From: Dictyostelium discoideum
Taxonomy: Eukaryota
Reading direction: 5' to 3'
DNA length: 64,000 nt
NCBI GenBank assembly: GCA_000004695.1
Contig: CM000150.2
Coordinates: 1,472,001 to 1,536,000, forward strand
In this document: positions 13,941-36,128 of the stretch, in pieces
Numbering within the stretch: position 1 is the first letter of the stretch
How the letters are laid out: every line of letters starts with the position of its first letter
The notes under the pieces: generated by a model
What the model was told of the DNA's origin: nothing
The model's input: only the letters and a program-made list of their open reading frames with translations
Databases searched by the model: none
Made by a program: the position numbers and the translations under genes

Positions 13941-13964
13941 AAAAAAAAATTTCCCGAGTCACTA
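13941..13964 (-). promoter_or_regulatory. Conserved 24-nt upstream motif (TTTCCCGAGTCACTAGGAAAAAAT) about 85-105 bp 5' of MRH copy B
   Basis: It shares 20 of 24 nt with 15686..15709 upstream of copy D. It is a non-AT-rich island within AT-rich promoter sequence. Confidence 0.35.
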
Positions 13965-14640
13965 GGAAAAAATTAAAAAAAAAGAAAATTATTGTTTTAA
14001 TTTAATTCTTAAGAAAATTTTTTTGAAATTTTTATGGGTGGTGGATATTGGAAAAAAAGGAAAGAAGTGGATGAAAATATATTAAAAAATAAATAGAAAT
14101 AATAAAAAATAAAAAATGAAAAAAAGATTAAATAAACAATTAAAATTCATAAAAAATAAATTAAAAAAGATTAAATAATTAATTAAATAATATAATAATT
14201 AAATATTATTATTATTATTTTTCTCTTTAATTATTTTTTTGTTCACTTGTTATTATTTTCGTGTTTGGTTGTAATTATTTTTGTTTGAGGGGTGATTATC
14301 ATTTTTGTGTTTGGTTAAAATTATTGGAGGGTTATATATATATTTTTTTTTATTTTTTTTATTTTTTTATTTTTTTAAATCACTTTTCAAAAAAATTTAT
14401 TAAAATAAATAGAAATTAATAAAATAATATAAAAAAATTATTAAAAAAGATTTTTTTTTTTTTTTTTCTTTAAATTGATTGTGTTTAATTGGTATTTTTG
14501 ATTGTGAATAGTTTTTTTTTTTTTTTGTTTTAAAAATTATTAAAATAAAAAATAAAAAAAAAATAAAAAAGATAAAATAAAAAAATTAAAATCCAAAAAA
14601 AGATTAAAATAAATATTTAAAATTAAATAATATTTTATTT

Positions 14641-14830
14641 TAATGATTGGTTTAATGATTAATTGGACATTAAGCATACATTGAACATTTATATATACTG
14701 GAACTACTGAATTAATTATAATACAGTCATAGATGTTTAAGCTTTTAGCGGATGAATCACAGTATAGTTACACCAGTATTACCATAATACGATAAGGAAA
14801 CATCATTTGAAAATTTTTGGGTGATAGATA
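14641..14830 (-). pseudogene. Degenerate fragment of an MRH-family paralogue (C-terminal part of the domain)
   Basis: The stretch ...gcatacattgaacatttatatatactggaactactgaattaatt...cacagtatag matches copies B and D but carries indels and has no ORF. Confidence 0.5.
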
Positions 14831-15040
14831 TTGGAAATTTTTCTGACATTTTATTTGAAATGAAACTAATTTTATAAATTAATAGAAAAAAAAAAAAATA
14901 AAAAAGATTAAAAAAAAATTAAAATCCTTTAAAAAATAAAAAAAAAAAAGACTAAATGAATAATTAATTATTTATTATTTTTATTATATTTCTCTTGGTT
15001 GTCATTATTTTGTTTTTAAACGAATGGCTGAGAATTTGGA

Positions 15041-15541
15041 TTAATTGGGGCAAGCATACATTGAATACATTGAACATTTAAATACTGGAACTACTGAATT
15101 AATTCTAATACAGTCATAGATGTTTAAACTTTTAGAGGATGGATCACAGAGTATGTCTAATTGAGTTACACCAGTATTACTACCATAATATGATAAAGAA
15201 ACACCATTTGAAATTTGAGTAATTTCACTTTTATCAGTATAACCCATTGGTGGAGCAGTACCATCTTGTGGATAAAAAGCACAACTTTGAGCATTGGTAA
15301 AAAAGTTGTTACCTCCTAAACTATTACATTTCTTTGCATATCCACAAATATTGAAAAGTAGCGAGAATGATTTTGGTGGATAATCAAAGAATGATCCTGC
15401 ATAGTAACCACCATATGGTAAGGTTAATGGTGATAAATCAATTAAACCTTGAGCTGTGTTCAATTGACAAACATGATTACTATAACCAAATGAAAAATTT
15501 AACAAATAGCTAAAAGTTAAAAAAATAATTATTTTATTCAT
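15041..15541 (-). CDS. Secreted MRH-like-domain protein, a short paralogue of 166 aa with signal peptide plus domain only
   Basis: The ORF is intact. It is ~80% identical to copy B through the domain and ends right after ...YACPN, with no TP-linker or C-terminal module. Confidence 0.5.
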   Translation of the reverse strand: MNKIIIFLTFSYLLNFSFGYSNHVCQLNTAQGLIDLSPLTLPYGGYYAGSFFDYPPKSFSLLFNICGYAKKCNSLGGNNFFTNAQSCAFYPQDGTAPPMGYTDKSEITQISNGVSLSYYGSNTGVTQLDILCDPSSKSLNIYDCIRINSVVPVFKCSMYSMYACPN

Positions 15542-15685
15542 TTTATAATATTTAAAAATGTATTTTTTTTATTGAATAATGAAGAAAAAGAAAAGAATAA
15601 ATAAGAAAAAAAAATAGAAAAAAAAAAAGAAAAAAGAAAAAAAAATAGAAAAAAAAAAATAAAAAAAAAAATAAAAAATATATAT

Positions 15686-15709
15686 TTCCCGATTCCCTAG
15701 GACAAAATC
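15686..15709 (-). promoter_or_regulatory. Conserved upstream motif (TTTCCCGATTCCCTAGGACAAAAT) about 145-170 bp 5' of MRH copy D. It is part of a 13-bp inverted repeat, 15696-15708 against 15770-15782.
   Basis: cctaggacaaaat and attttgtcctagg are separated by ~60 bp of A/T. Confidence 0.35.
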
Positions 15710-16239
15710 AATCAAAATAGAAAGTCAAAAGGAGATTTTTTTTTTTTTTTATTTATTTTATTTTCATTTATTTTGTCCTAGGAAATTGGGTGGTTTGATA
15801 CAATGATTGGAAATTACAAATCAATTTTGTACGATTTTTTTTTTTTTGAAAAGATTTTTTTGTTTTGTTTTTCTGGTAATTTTATTTTTTTTTTTTTTTA
15901 ATTTTTTTTAATTTTTTTTAATTTTTTTTTTTAATATTTGTGAGGACTTTTGGAAATTGAAAAGTAAAAAAAGGTGTTTTGGGTTGGTAAAAAAAATAAA
16001 AAAAAAATAAAAAAAATAATGTTGCCCCAGGCAAACCCAAAACACTTTTTTTTTGACACCTAAATTTTTATTATTCACAAATTTTGGAATTTCTAATATT
16101 TTATTATTTTATTAAAAAAAATAAAAAAAAAGAGAAAAAATAAATAAAATTGAATTCAAAATTGAAAATGTTGTAGCCGAACTTGGATTAGGAGGAGTTG
16201 TGGGAACTAAAGTTTGACAGTAAACTTCAAATTGGTCAA

Positions 16240-17057
16240 TCATGAATCCAGTACTATTAAAACATTCCAATTTAATATTTTCAAAAGCATTTGAACAAGT
16301 TTTATCTGTAAATAAAAACAGTTGAATTTCAAAAGTATTTTGAAATCTGTTGGTAAAATTGAAATTCTTTCAAAATCACAAAGATTCATACAATTTCCTA
16401 CTGTTACATTATAACCACTTGTTGGGCATAGATTACCAAAAAATTTGAAACTATTATAAATAATATTTGAAGGATTTGAGGTTGGATTTGGAGAAGGGGT
16501 AAAAGTTTGAGTTTGAGTTTGAGTTGGAGTAGTAGAAGGGGTAATAGTTGGAGAAGAAGTAGGTGAGATAATTGGACAAGCATACATTGAAATCATTGAG
16601 CATCTATATAAAGGAACTACTCTATTTATTCTAATACAATCATAGATGTTCAATGATGTGGCGTGGGTCACAATAAATTTTAAATTGAGCTGTACCATTT
16701 TTACCACCATAATATGATAATGAAACACCGTTTTTAATTTCAAACAGTTCACTTTTGTCAATATAACCCATTGGTGGAGCAGTGTCATCATTTTGATAAA
16801 ATGCACAACTTTCTGCGTTGGTGTTTTTAGTATTATTACCTAAGGAATTACATCTCGTTGCATATCCACAAATATTGAAAAGTAGTGAGAATGATTTTGG
16901 TGGATAATCAAAGAATGATCCAGCATAATAACCACCATTTGGTAGAGTCAATGGTGATAAATCAATCAATCCACCAATGTTTGCAAACATTATTATCATA
17001 CCCAAAAGAATTATTTACAAAGTAAAAAAATGTAATAATAATAAATAATTTAAACAT
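16240..17057 (-). pseudogene. MRH-family paralogue, copy E, carrying at least two frameshifts
   Basis: The signal-peptide ATG is at 17057 (MFKLFIIITFFYFVNNSFGYDNNVCK). The first frameshift is a ~7-nt deletion near 16985 in the CKLNT.QGLIDLSPL region. The second frameshift is near 16680, which splits the domain between ORFs 16640..17005 and 16240..16806. The TP/TQ linker and C-terminal module are present in the second frame. Confidence 0.6.
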
Positions 17058-17511
17058 TTGATTTAATATAGCTTTTTTTTTACTAATTATTATTATTTAA
17101 AACACTTTCAAATAAAAATAAATAAATAAAAAAAAAAGATTAAATATTTTTTTATGTATTTCAAAAAAAAAAAAAAAATGGTTATAAAAAAAAAAAACCA
17201 AAACAAAAAAAGTCTTTTCTAAAGATTTTGTATCGCCATTGCTATTGGTGATTTTTTTTTTAAAAATTTTATTTTTAATTATTTTTTTTTTATTTTTTTT
17301 TTATTTTAATGGACAGGCAATCGACCAAACTGGAGTTTAATAAAAAAAAATATAAAAAGTTTGTGGTAACTTTTTGGAATTAAAGCAAATTGTGGCAGCA
17401 TAGTAAAAGTGGAAAGAAAAAAAAAAAAATTAAAGCTGGAAAAAAAAAAAAAGAAGAAAAAGATAATTTTATTTTTTATAGTTTTTTTTTTTTTTTTTTT
17501 TTACTTTAAAC

Positions 17512-19326
17512 TTATAATATATTAATATTATGATCTTTTAAATGAGTTTGAATGATTAAATCAGAATTCTCTAAAAATCTATTATTTGAATAGATTACTT
17601 TTGGTTGATAATAAACTTCACGACCAAATTGTTTCTTACAAAAGATTTCACCATGTTGATTCTTTAAAAACATTTGAGTTGTATCAGGATTTTCAAGAAA
17701 AGTATCATGAACTACAGTACAAGTGTTTATGAAATTCTCTTCATTTGTTGTTGAAACACCACCAGATACAGCCATACTAGTTAGAGAATCATATGATAAG
17801 AAATGAAATCCATTCGATGGTGAAATGGTTGTACTGTGTAATATTGTTGGTGGTGAAGGTCTATTGTCAAACGATTGCTCTAAATCTTTTGATAGTTGTA
17901 ATATACGATTATTATGATTCAATCTAATCTTATTAAATTCTAAATGAATTGTAAATTGTGTATTTGGATTTATATCTGTTAATAATGCAATAGTTAAATC
18001 TGTCCAATAAATTATTAATAATTTAACTGCAATATATTCTGTTTCATTCTTTTTATCATTATTATTATTATTATTATTATCATTATCATTGTTATTATTA
18101 TTGTTATAATTATTATAATTATTATAACTATTATTTGATTGATGATGATGATGATGATGATGTTGTTGTACATTATTTATATTAAAAACATTATTTTGAT
18201 TTTGATTTATATCAGTATTAATATGTTTATTTTTTAAATTTGTATATTCCTGTGGTGATATATAAACAGTTTGATGATAATCTTCAGGAATGTAAAGTGG
18301 TGGTGCATTACCATTTGAATTATTTGAATTGTTTAAATTTGAACCACCAGAATTTAAACCACCAATATTTGAAGAACTATCTTTACCTAAACCAGAGGAT
18401 GAACTTGACATGTTCAATGGTGATTGTAATGGTGATTGTGGTTGTGATGATTGTTGTTGTAATATTAATGGATTAGTTGCATTCTTTCTACTATATTCAA
18501 TTTTATCCAATATGAATTTAGTTGTAGTTTTCAATTCGAAATTACTATATAATACTGTATTTCTAAAGAATATTGCACCTCCTAAATGATCATTTTGTGA
18601 TATACTATCAATTAAATGTGATGCTTGTATAAAAAATCTTTGTGATCTCTAATAATAATAATAGTATTAGTATTATACACCATATGTATATTATACATAA
18701 TAATAATAATATTTACATTTGGTAATGGTGTATATGGTAATGGATTAAAAGGATTCATTATATTTTTATATATATTGTTTGTTACAATTTGCATTAATTC
18801 ATTTAATTCGAATTCGAGTTTCTTTTTTTCTTTCTTTTAAAATTTTGATATTAAAAAAAAAAAAAAAAAAGTATTACGATTAGTATATACGTATATGTTT
18901 TTAAAATTATAAATTATATATACTTACAGAAATTGTACCTAAAGTTTTATAAAAAAAAGTTAAAGCTTTATAAATATGATTTAAATGATTTGAAACTGTT
19001 GATGGTGCAATATCGATATCAGTGCATAATACCATTGTATAACGATCAACTAATTTTAATGATAGGACATGTCTTTCTAATGTGATATAATCGATTGGTG
19101 ATGAAGTGAAGAAATCACCACTAATACCTGACATTGAATGAATACCACCACCAAAATTAACTTTCATCATATTATTAACATGAGGAATATCTGGATAAAA
19201 GTAAATTAATTTCTCATTTTGATCTGCACTCTCATCATTTTCAAATTCTTCATAAATGCAAAATAATATTTCATCACTCTTTAAAAAATGTAATGGTGTT
19301 AATGGTGTTTCGCTGTAATGTGCCAT
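17512..19326 (-). CDS. Hypothetical protein with a longin-like N-terminal region (tentatively CCZ1/Mon1/HPS-type), a His run and poly-N
   Basis: Exon 1 is complement(18928..19326), MAHYSETPLTPLHFLKSDEILFCIYEEF...KLIYFYPDIPHV...KTLGTIS, ending at a GTAAGT donor. The 279-bp intron is 18649..18927. Exon 2 is complement(17512..18648), RSQRFFIQASHLIDSISQNDHLGGAIFFRNTVLYSNFELKTTTKF... The ILFYHP-like KLIYFYPD motif suggests a CCZ1-type longin domain, but the family call is weak. Confidence 0.45.
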
Positions 19327-19380
19327 TTTTTTTTTTTAAGATATATAATATCTTTTTTTTTTTTTTTTTTTTGTTGGTGG

Positions 19381-19435
<55 letters not shown>

Positions 19436-19470
19436 CAGAAAAAAAAAAAAAAAAAAAAAAAAAAATAGAA

Positions 19471-19797
19471 ATGAAAAATGAAATTTCTCTACATTTTTTA
19501 AATTTATTTATTTTATTTTTATTTTTAAATTTTATTTTTATTTTTATTTTATTCACTAGGATATATGATGAGATATTGGATATACTTTTTCAATTATCAT
19601 TAGATAATTTTGAAGAGGTTTTTAAAAATAGATTTAATGAAGAAACAAGCTGTGTAGATTATGAATCTCCAGATGTTGGTCTGGCAACAATTACAATGGT
19701 AGTTGATGAATCGGAGCAGCAAATTACGATTCCATTAGATGAAGATGTCAAAAACATTTTATACAGTGAGAAAAAGGGTAAATCTACTCTTAAATGA
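19471..19797 (+). CDS. Small hypothetical protein of ~108 aa
   Basis: It has an in-frame ATG at 19471 and no GT donor in the 5' part, so it is probably a single exon. The product is MKNEISLHFLNLFILFLFLNFIFIFILFTRIYDEILDILFQLSLDNFEEVFKNRFNEETSCVDYESPDVGLATITMVVDESEQQITIPLDEDVKNILYSEKKGKSTLK. The upstream part of ORF 19318..19797 is a poly-K translation of poly(A). Confidence 0.3.
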   Translation: MKNEISLHFLNLFILFLFLNFIFIFILFTRIYDEILDILFQLSLDNFEEVFKNRFNEETSCVDYESPDVGLATITMVVDESEQQITIPLDEDVKNILYSEKKGKSTLK

Positions 19798-20030
19798 AAA
19801 AAACAATGGCAACAAAAAAAAACAATTTTTTTGATTTTTTTAGATTTTTTTTTTTGGTGAAAGTATACTTCTCTTTTTTTTCCATTTTTTTTTGATGAGA
19901 GTATACTTCTCTTTTTTTCATTTTTTTTTTTTTTTGTAATTAATTTTTCTAAATGCAAATAGCTTTTTTTTTTTTAAAACAAATTTCTTATTTTTTTTTT
20001 TTTTAATAAATTTTTAAAAAAAAAAAAAAA

Positions 20031-21941
20031 ATGGAAAAATATTTATTTGATTGGATTAAAAATTCAGAGAGTGATAATAAATCTAATAAATTATTGGATT
20101 CAATTTTAATTTTATCACTCAATGGTTTATTAATATCATGTGAACCACTTATAGAACTCCATAATAAATTTATAAATAATAATAATAAAAATAATAATAA
20201 TATTGAAAATTCATTTTATGGATTAAATTCAAAACAATTAATATTACTAGGTGATCAATTAAAATTATTAAAAAAAAAAAATAGTAATGAAAAAATTATT
20301 GAAAAAATAAAAAATAATTGTGGTTATAATGCAAATAAATTTAATATTATAATTGAAAATAATTTAATATATAATTTAAATAATAATAATAATTTAAATG
20401 ATAAAATTAATAATTGTAATAATAATAATAATAAAAATAATAATAATAATAATGAAATTGATTTATTTTTTAAAATTTGGAGAAATAAAATAATTAAAAA
20501 AGAAATATTATTTCAAAATAGATTATTTAATATTCATTCTTGTCAAATTAAAATGACAATAAATCAACTTTTAAATTATAAATATAAAGAATATTTAAAA
20601 TCAATTTTAATTACAACTAATACTACAACCAATATGAATAATGATGATGGTGATGGTGATGAAATATTGGAACAAAAAGATGAAATTATATCAAGAGGAA
20701 TGATACCAAATAATATTGAAACACTTGAATTTGATTATAATTTAAATCCAATAATACAAGAGAATAGTTTACCAAATTCAATTGAAACATTAATATTTAA
20801 TAAGGGTTTTAATAGGGAATTAATGAATTTACCAAATCAATTAAAAACACTTGAAATTGGTCAATCATTTACTCATACCATTAAACCCGGTCAATTACCA
20901 CCAACTTTGACAAATTTAAATATTTCAAAAACTTTCAATGGAATAATTATACCAGATGGAGCAATACCAAAATCAGTTACAAGTGGTAATGTTTTTCACA
21001 AATTTGATTCATTTGGTAATAAATATAGAATCAATACAGATATTAGAGTACCTAAGAATTGTACATCCTTAAAGTTTGATAGATTCTTTAATCAGTTTTT
21101 AAAAGTTGGTGATATTCCATCCAATGTTCAATCAATAAAATTTGGTTATCACTTTAATAATTGTTTAAAAGAGAATGTTTTACCAACATCATTACGTACT
21201 TTAAAATTTGGATCATGTTATAATGTTGCATTTGATGAATATAATAAAACATTACCCGAGGGTTTAGTTAATCTCGAATTCTCATCTTACTGGAACCAAG
21301 ATTTAAAAGATTGTCAAATTCCATCAACACTTGAATCAATTTCATTTGGTTCAACATTTGATAGAGAAATTCAAGGTTTAAGTAAAAGTAATTTAAAATC
21401 TTTAAAATTTCATCAACTTGGATTTTTTGATAAACCAATTTCAATCGATCAATTACCATTTAAATCATTAACTTCTTTAAGTTTGGGTGGGTCTTTTAAT
21501 CACCCAATTAAGGGTTGGTTAAATAAATTAGTAAATTTAATTCATTTAGATTTAGGTACTGCTTTTGCTCAACCAATTGAAAATAATGATTTACCAATGT
21601 CCGTAACATCATTACGTTGTTTATTCCAACGTCAAAAAATTTTAAATAATTCAATTTTACCTCCTTTAAAAAAAATGATATTCCCTTTTGGAAATAATGG
21701 AAATAATAATAATAACTATAATTATTTAGATTTATCAAAATTACAATTACAATCACAATCAATACCATTATTACCGAATACCTTAGAGATTTTAGATATT
21801 GCTAATTGTAGAGTATCTTTCTCATATGAAAATTTACCACCAACTTTAAAAATAATTTATTATTCAAATTCTGATATTGATTATTTAAATTCAATTGATG
21901 ATAATTTATTTACAACTTATTTTAAATTATATAATAATTAA
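20031..21941 (+). CDS. FNIP-repeat-containing protein (Dictyostelium-type FNIP/DUF285 repeats)
   Basis: This is a 636-aa ORF with ~22-residue repeats: LP.SLK.L.FG..FNQ.I....LP.SL..L.FG (IPNNIETLEFDYNLN..., LPNSIETLIFNKGFN..., LPNQLKTLEIGQSF..., LPTSLRTLKFGSCYN...). Confidence 0.7.
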   Translation: MEKYLFDWIKNSESDNKSNKLLDSILILSLNGLLISCEPLIELHNKFINNNNKNNNNIENSFYGLNSKQLILLGDQLKLLKKKNSNEKIIEKIKNNCGYNANKFNIIIENNLIYNLNNNNNLNDKINNCNNNNNKNNNNNNEIDLFFKIWRNKIIKKEILFQNRLFNIHSCQIKMTINQLLNYKYKEYLKSILITTNTTTNMNNDDGDGDEILEQKDEIISRGMIPNNIETLEFDYNLNPIIQENSLPNSIETLIFNKGFNRELMNLPNQLKTLEIGQSFTHTIKPGQLPPTLTNLNISKTFNGIIIPDGAIPKSVTSGNVFHKFDSFGNKYRINTDIRVPKNCTSLKFDRFFNQFLKVGDIPSNVQSIKFGYHFNNCLKENVLPTSLRTLKFGSCYNVAFDEYNKTLPEGLVNLEFSSYWNQDLKDCQIPSTLESISFGSTFDREIQGLSKSNLKSLKFHQLGFFDKPISIDQLPFKSLTSLSLGGSFNHPIKGWLNKLVNLIHLDLGTAFAQPIENNDLPMSVTSLRCLFQRQKILNNSILPPLKKMIFPFGNNGNNNNNYNYLDLSKLQLQSQSIPLLPNTLEILDIANCRVSFSYENLPPTLKIIYYSNSDIDYLNSIDDNLFTTYFKLYNN

Positions 21942-21943
21942 AA

Positions 21944-21982
<39 letters not shown>

Positions 21983-22430
21983 GTGTTGAAAAAAAAAAAA
22001 AATATCTTTATTTTCGATTTCATACCTTCACAAAAAAAAAAAAAAAAAAAAAAAAAAAACTATTTTTAAATATTTTCAAAAAAAATAAAAAAAAAAATAA
22101 AAAAAATAAAAAAATTATTAAAATTATAAATAATTTTTTTTATTGTAAAACCACACTTTTCTTATTATTATTATTATTTTTAATTAATTTATTTTTTAAT
22201 TTATTTTTTTCATCTTAATTTTATTTACAATAATAAATTAAAAGCTAACTTTATTATTAAATTTTATTTTTAATTAATTTTTTTTTTTTATTTTTTTTAT
22301 TTTTTTATTTTTTTTATTTTTTTTTTTTTCTATAATTTTTTTTTAAATTTTTTTTTTATTTTATTATAATATAATAAATAATAATAAAATAAAAAAATAA
22401 TAGAAATAATAATAATAAATAAATAAAGCA

Positions 22431-34056
<11,626 letters not shown>

Positions 34057-34457
34057 AAAATAAAAAAAATAAAATTTAAAAATTAAAGGATTTAGTAAGA
34101 TGATTGAGTTTTTTTTTTGAAATAATTATTATTTTGGTTGGATAATAGTTGCTTCTCTTTTATATACTTTTTTTTTTAATATTGATTATTCAGTGTTTAT
34201 CCATTATAGGAAATAAACAATTATATATATTATTTAATATCTGGATTTTAAAATGTAAAATAGTTTTAATTTTTAAATAACATATAAAACGAAAAATCAG
34301 TTTTCATTTTTAAATCACATATAAAAACATATTATCAATTTATGTATTCAGAATATTATAACCAATATATTTAATTTACATGTTTTGGTTTTTTTTTTTT
34401 TTTTTTTTTTTTTTATTTTTATTATGGAATGTAAAAAAATTGTTGGGAATCGAACCT

Positions 34458-35960
34458 TTTTTTTTTTTTTTTGATATAAATAAACTATTGTAGTATACAA
34501 TTAGTATGTTATTTTTATTTATTTATTTTAGGTTTTTTAATTTTTGTGAATTTAAAATGGTATGTTATTTTAGATTAGGTAATTAATAATTAATTGGTGG
34601 TGTAATTGTTGGAATTGGTTCATTAGTGTTTATGCTCCATTCTTTTTTAAATTTTTTGATTGTTTCGGACCATTGGGTTTCTTTTTGAGTTTTTGTGAGG
34701 TTGTTTTTAATTGAGTATTGGTTAAAGTTTGATAATGTTCTTGAATATTCCAATCTTTTTAGCTTGTGCCATTTTGATTTTAATATATCATAATCTAATG
34801 TTGTGTTGTTTATTTGGTTGTTCCAATTATCAATTGATTGAGTTATATTGATGTCAAATAATGATTTGCATAACCATATCCATATTTGGTGAATAACTAA
34901 TGAGATTATGTTCCAATATGCATGTGTTTTGACTAGATCAAGATTTGTGTTTATATAATTCCAGTTGAACCTGTATTTTTTATATTGTGCATTTTTTGCA
35001 AAATGAAAATTAATATTGATAGTTGGATCTGGTTTAAATGCTTTGTTGTTTATTTGTGGTTTATAAATGAGTGTGTATAATTTTGTTGTTTGGTTTTTTG
35101 TTAGTGACCAGTTTTTGTTTCCATTGCAATTTTTATATATAAAATATTTTAATTTGTCGTGGTTTATGAAGTTGATTGTGTGCTGACAATTGAAAAACAA
35201 ATGACCATAGGGGTCATTATTCATTTCATTTTTGCAAATGGGGCCAACTTTGTTGTGTAGATGATTAATTTGCATTGTATCACGGCCTTTTGGATCTTTT
35301 AATTTTTGAATTTTGACAAATAGTTGGTGGTATGTGTATTTCCATAATAGTTGTATTGATTGTTGGTGCGAAGTAAGAAGTAGATCTGAATATTTCTTGC
35401 CACCTCCGCCCATATTAAATTTAATATGGACACCACATAGTCTTTTGATTTGCATTGGTGATTGTTGAGTATTGTAGAGTAGATTTCTTTGAGTGTTGGT
35501 GGTAGTGAAATATTATTTGTGATTAATGTTTGAGAGGTTTGGTTTTTTATTAATATTGGTTGTAGGGTTTGAACTTTATCTTTTAGATGTCCAATTTGAG
35601 TTGCATAGTTTTCCCATTCTTTTTTAATTTTTATAAGGTATGGAGAAGAGATTGATTTGTTGATTATTTGATCCATCCAACTTATCATGTATATTGAATT
35701 GTTTGCAGATTTATGCATTTGTAAAAATCTGTTGTATATCCAAATCTTTTGAGCAACTTGTCGTAATTGTATATTCCAAAATACCCCAACCACCTTCTTT
35801 TAATGGTTTTAATGATCTATCATAACACATCAAAGGTATTTTTTCACGTGAATGGATGGTTAATGTGTTGTTTTCAATGGAATTGGTATTGAGAGAATTC
35901 ATAAACCATGAGATTAATTTATTAATTTGAATTTCTTCATCTTTTGTAAATTCTTCAAGT
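34458..35960 (-). mobile_element. 5'-truncated non-LTR (TRE3-type, tRNA-gene-targeted) retrotransposon fragment. It carries the ORF2 C-terminal Cys-rich region, the 3' UTR and the poly(A) tail.
   Basis: Minus-strand ORFs in three frames (35711..35902, 35299..35793, 34583..35455) encode a retroelement ORF2 C-terminus with a CKNEMNNDPYGHLFFNCQH cysteine motif. The overlap across frames shows frameshift decay. The 3' UTR is 34474-34582, and T16 at 34458-34473 is the poly(A) on the minus strand. The element lies ~80 bp downstream of the tRNA-Trp at 36042..36128, in the same orientation. It is flanked by the 17-bp direct repeat ttgttgggaatcgaacc (34441-34457 and 35994-36010). Confidence 0.6.
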
Positions 35961-35998
35961 TAGAAATCAAAATAATGTTAAATTGAATAAATTTGTTG

Positions 35999-36009
35999 GG
36001 AATCGAACC
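35999..36009 (-). promoter_or_regulatory. ex-B box (downstream B-box-like GGTTCGATTCC) ~33 bp 3' of the tRNA-Trp gene
   Basis: The minus strand reads ...TCAAAGGTTCGATTCCCAACAA. Dictyostelium tRNA genes commonly carry an external B box in the 3' flank. Confidence 0.5.
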
Positions 36010-36041
36010 TTTGATTTTAGAAAGTCTCTTAAAAAAATGAC

Positions 36042-36128
36042 AGACCCCTCAGGGAGTTGAACCCTGGACCAACTGCTAACTTCTAACGTTTTGGAGACAA
36101 TTACAATAAACCACTATGCTAAGGAGTC
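36042..36128 (-). tRNA. trnW-CCA: tRNA-Trp (anticodon CCA) with a 13-nt intron
   Basis: The reverse complement is GACTCCTTAGCATAGTGGTTTATTGTAATTGTCTCCAAAACGTTAGAAGTTAGCAGTTGGTCCAGGGTTCAACTCCCTGAGGGGTCT. The acceptor pairs GACTCCT with AGGGGTC, with one G-U. The D-loop is AGTGG. The anticodon stem pairs ATTGT with GCAGT, and the loop is C-U-CCA-A-[intron AACGTTAGAAGTT = plus 36078..36090]-A. The T-arm is CAGGG-TTCAACT-CCCTG. The discriminator is T, followed by a T7 terminator. Confidence 0.75.

Noticed and set aside
17512-18534. ORF-track start positions at 17512..18534, 22984, 40730, 55620 and 60912 reported as M
   Set aside because: These ORFs start at TTG, not ATG. They are internal parts of exons whose true 5' ends are acceptor sites upstream, and the genes were reconstructed accordingly.
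34441-34457. A second ex-B box or partial tRNA at 34441-34457 (ttgttgggaatcgaacc)
   Set aside because: No tRNA body is adjacent. It is better explained as the distal copy of the target-site duplication generated by the TRE insertion.
36042-36128. An alternative reading of the tRNA-like sequence as a SINE or retroelement module rather than a gene
   Set aside because: It folds into a complete cloverleaf with a 7-bp acceptor stem, a T-loop, a canonical-position intron, a T-run terminator and an ex-B box. It is identical at two loci, one of which lacks any retroelement.
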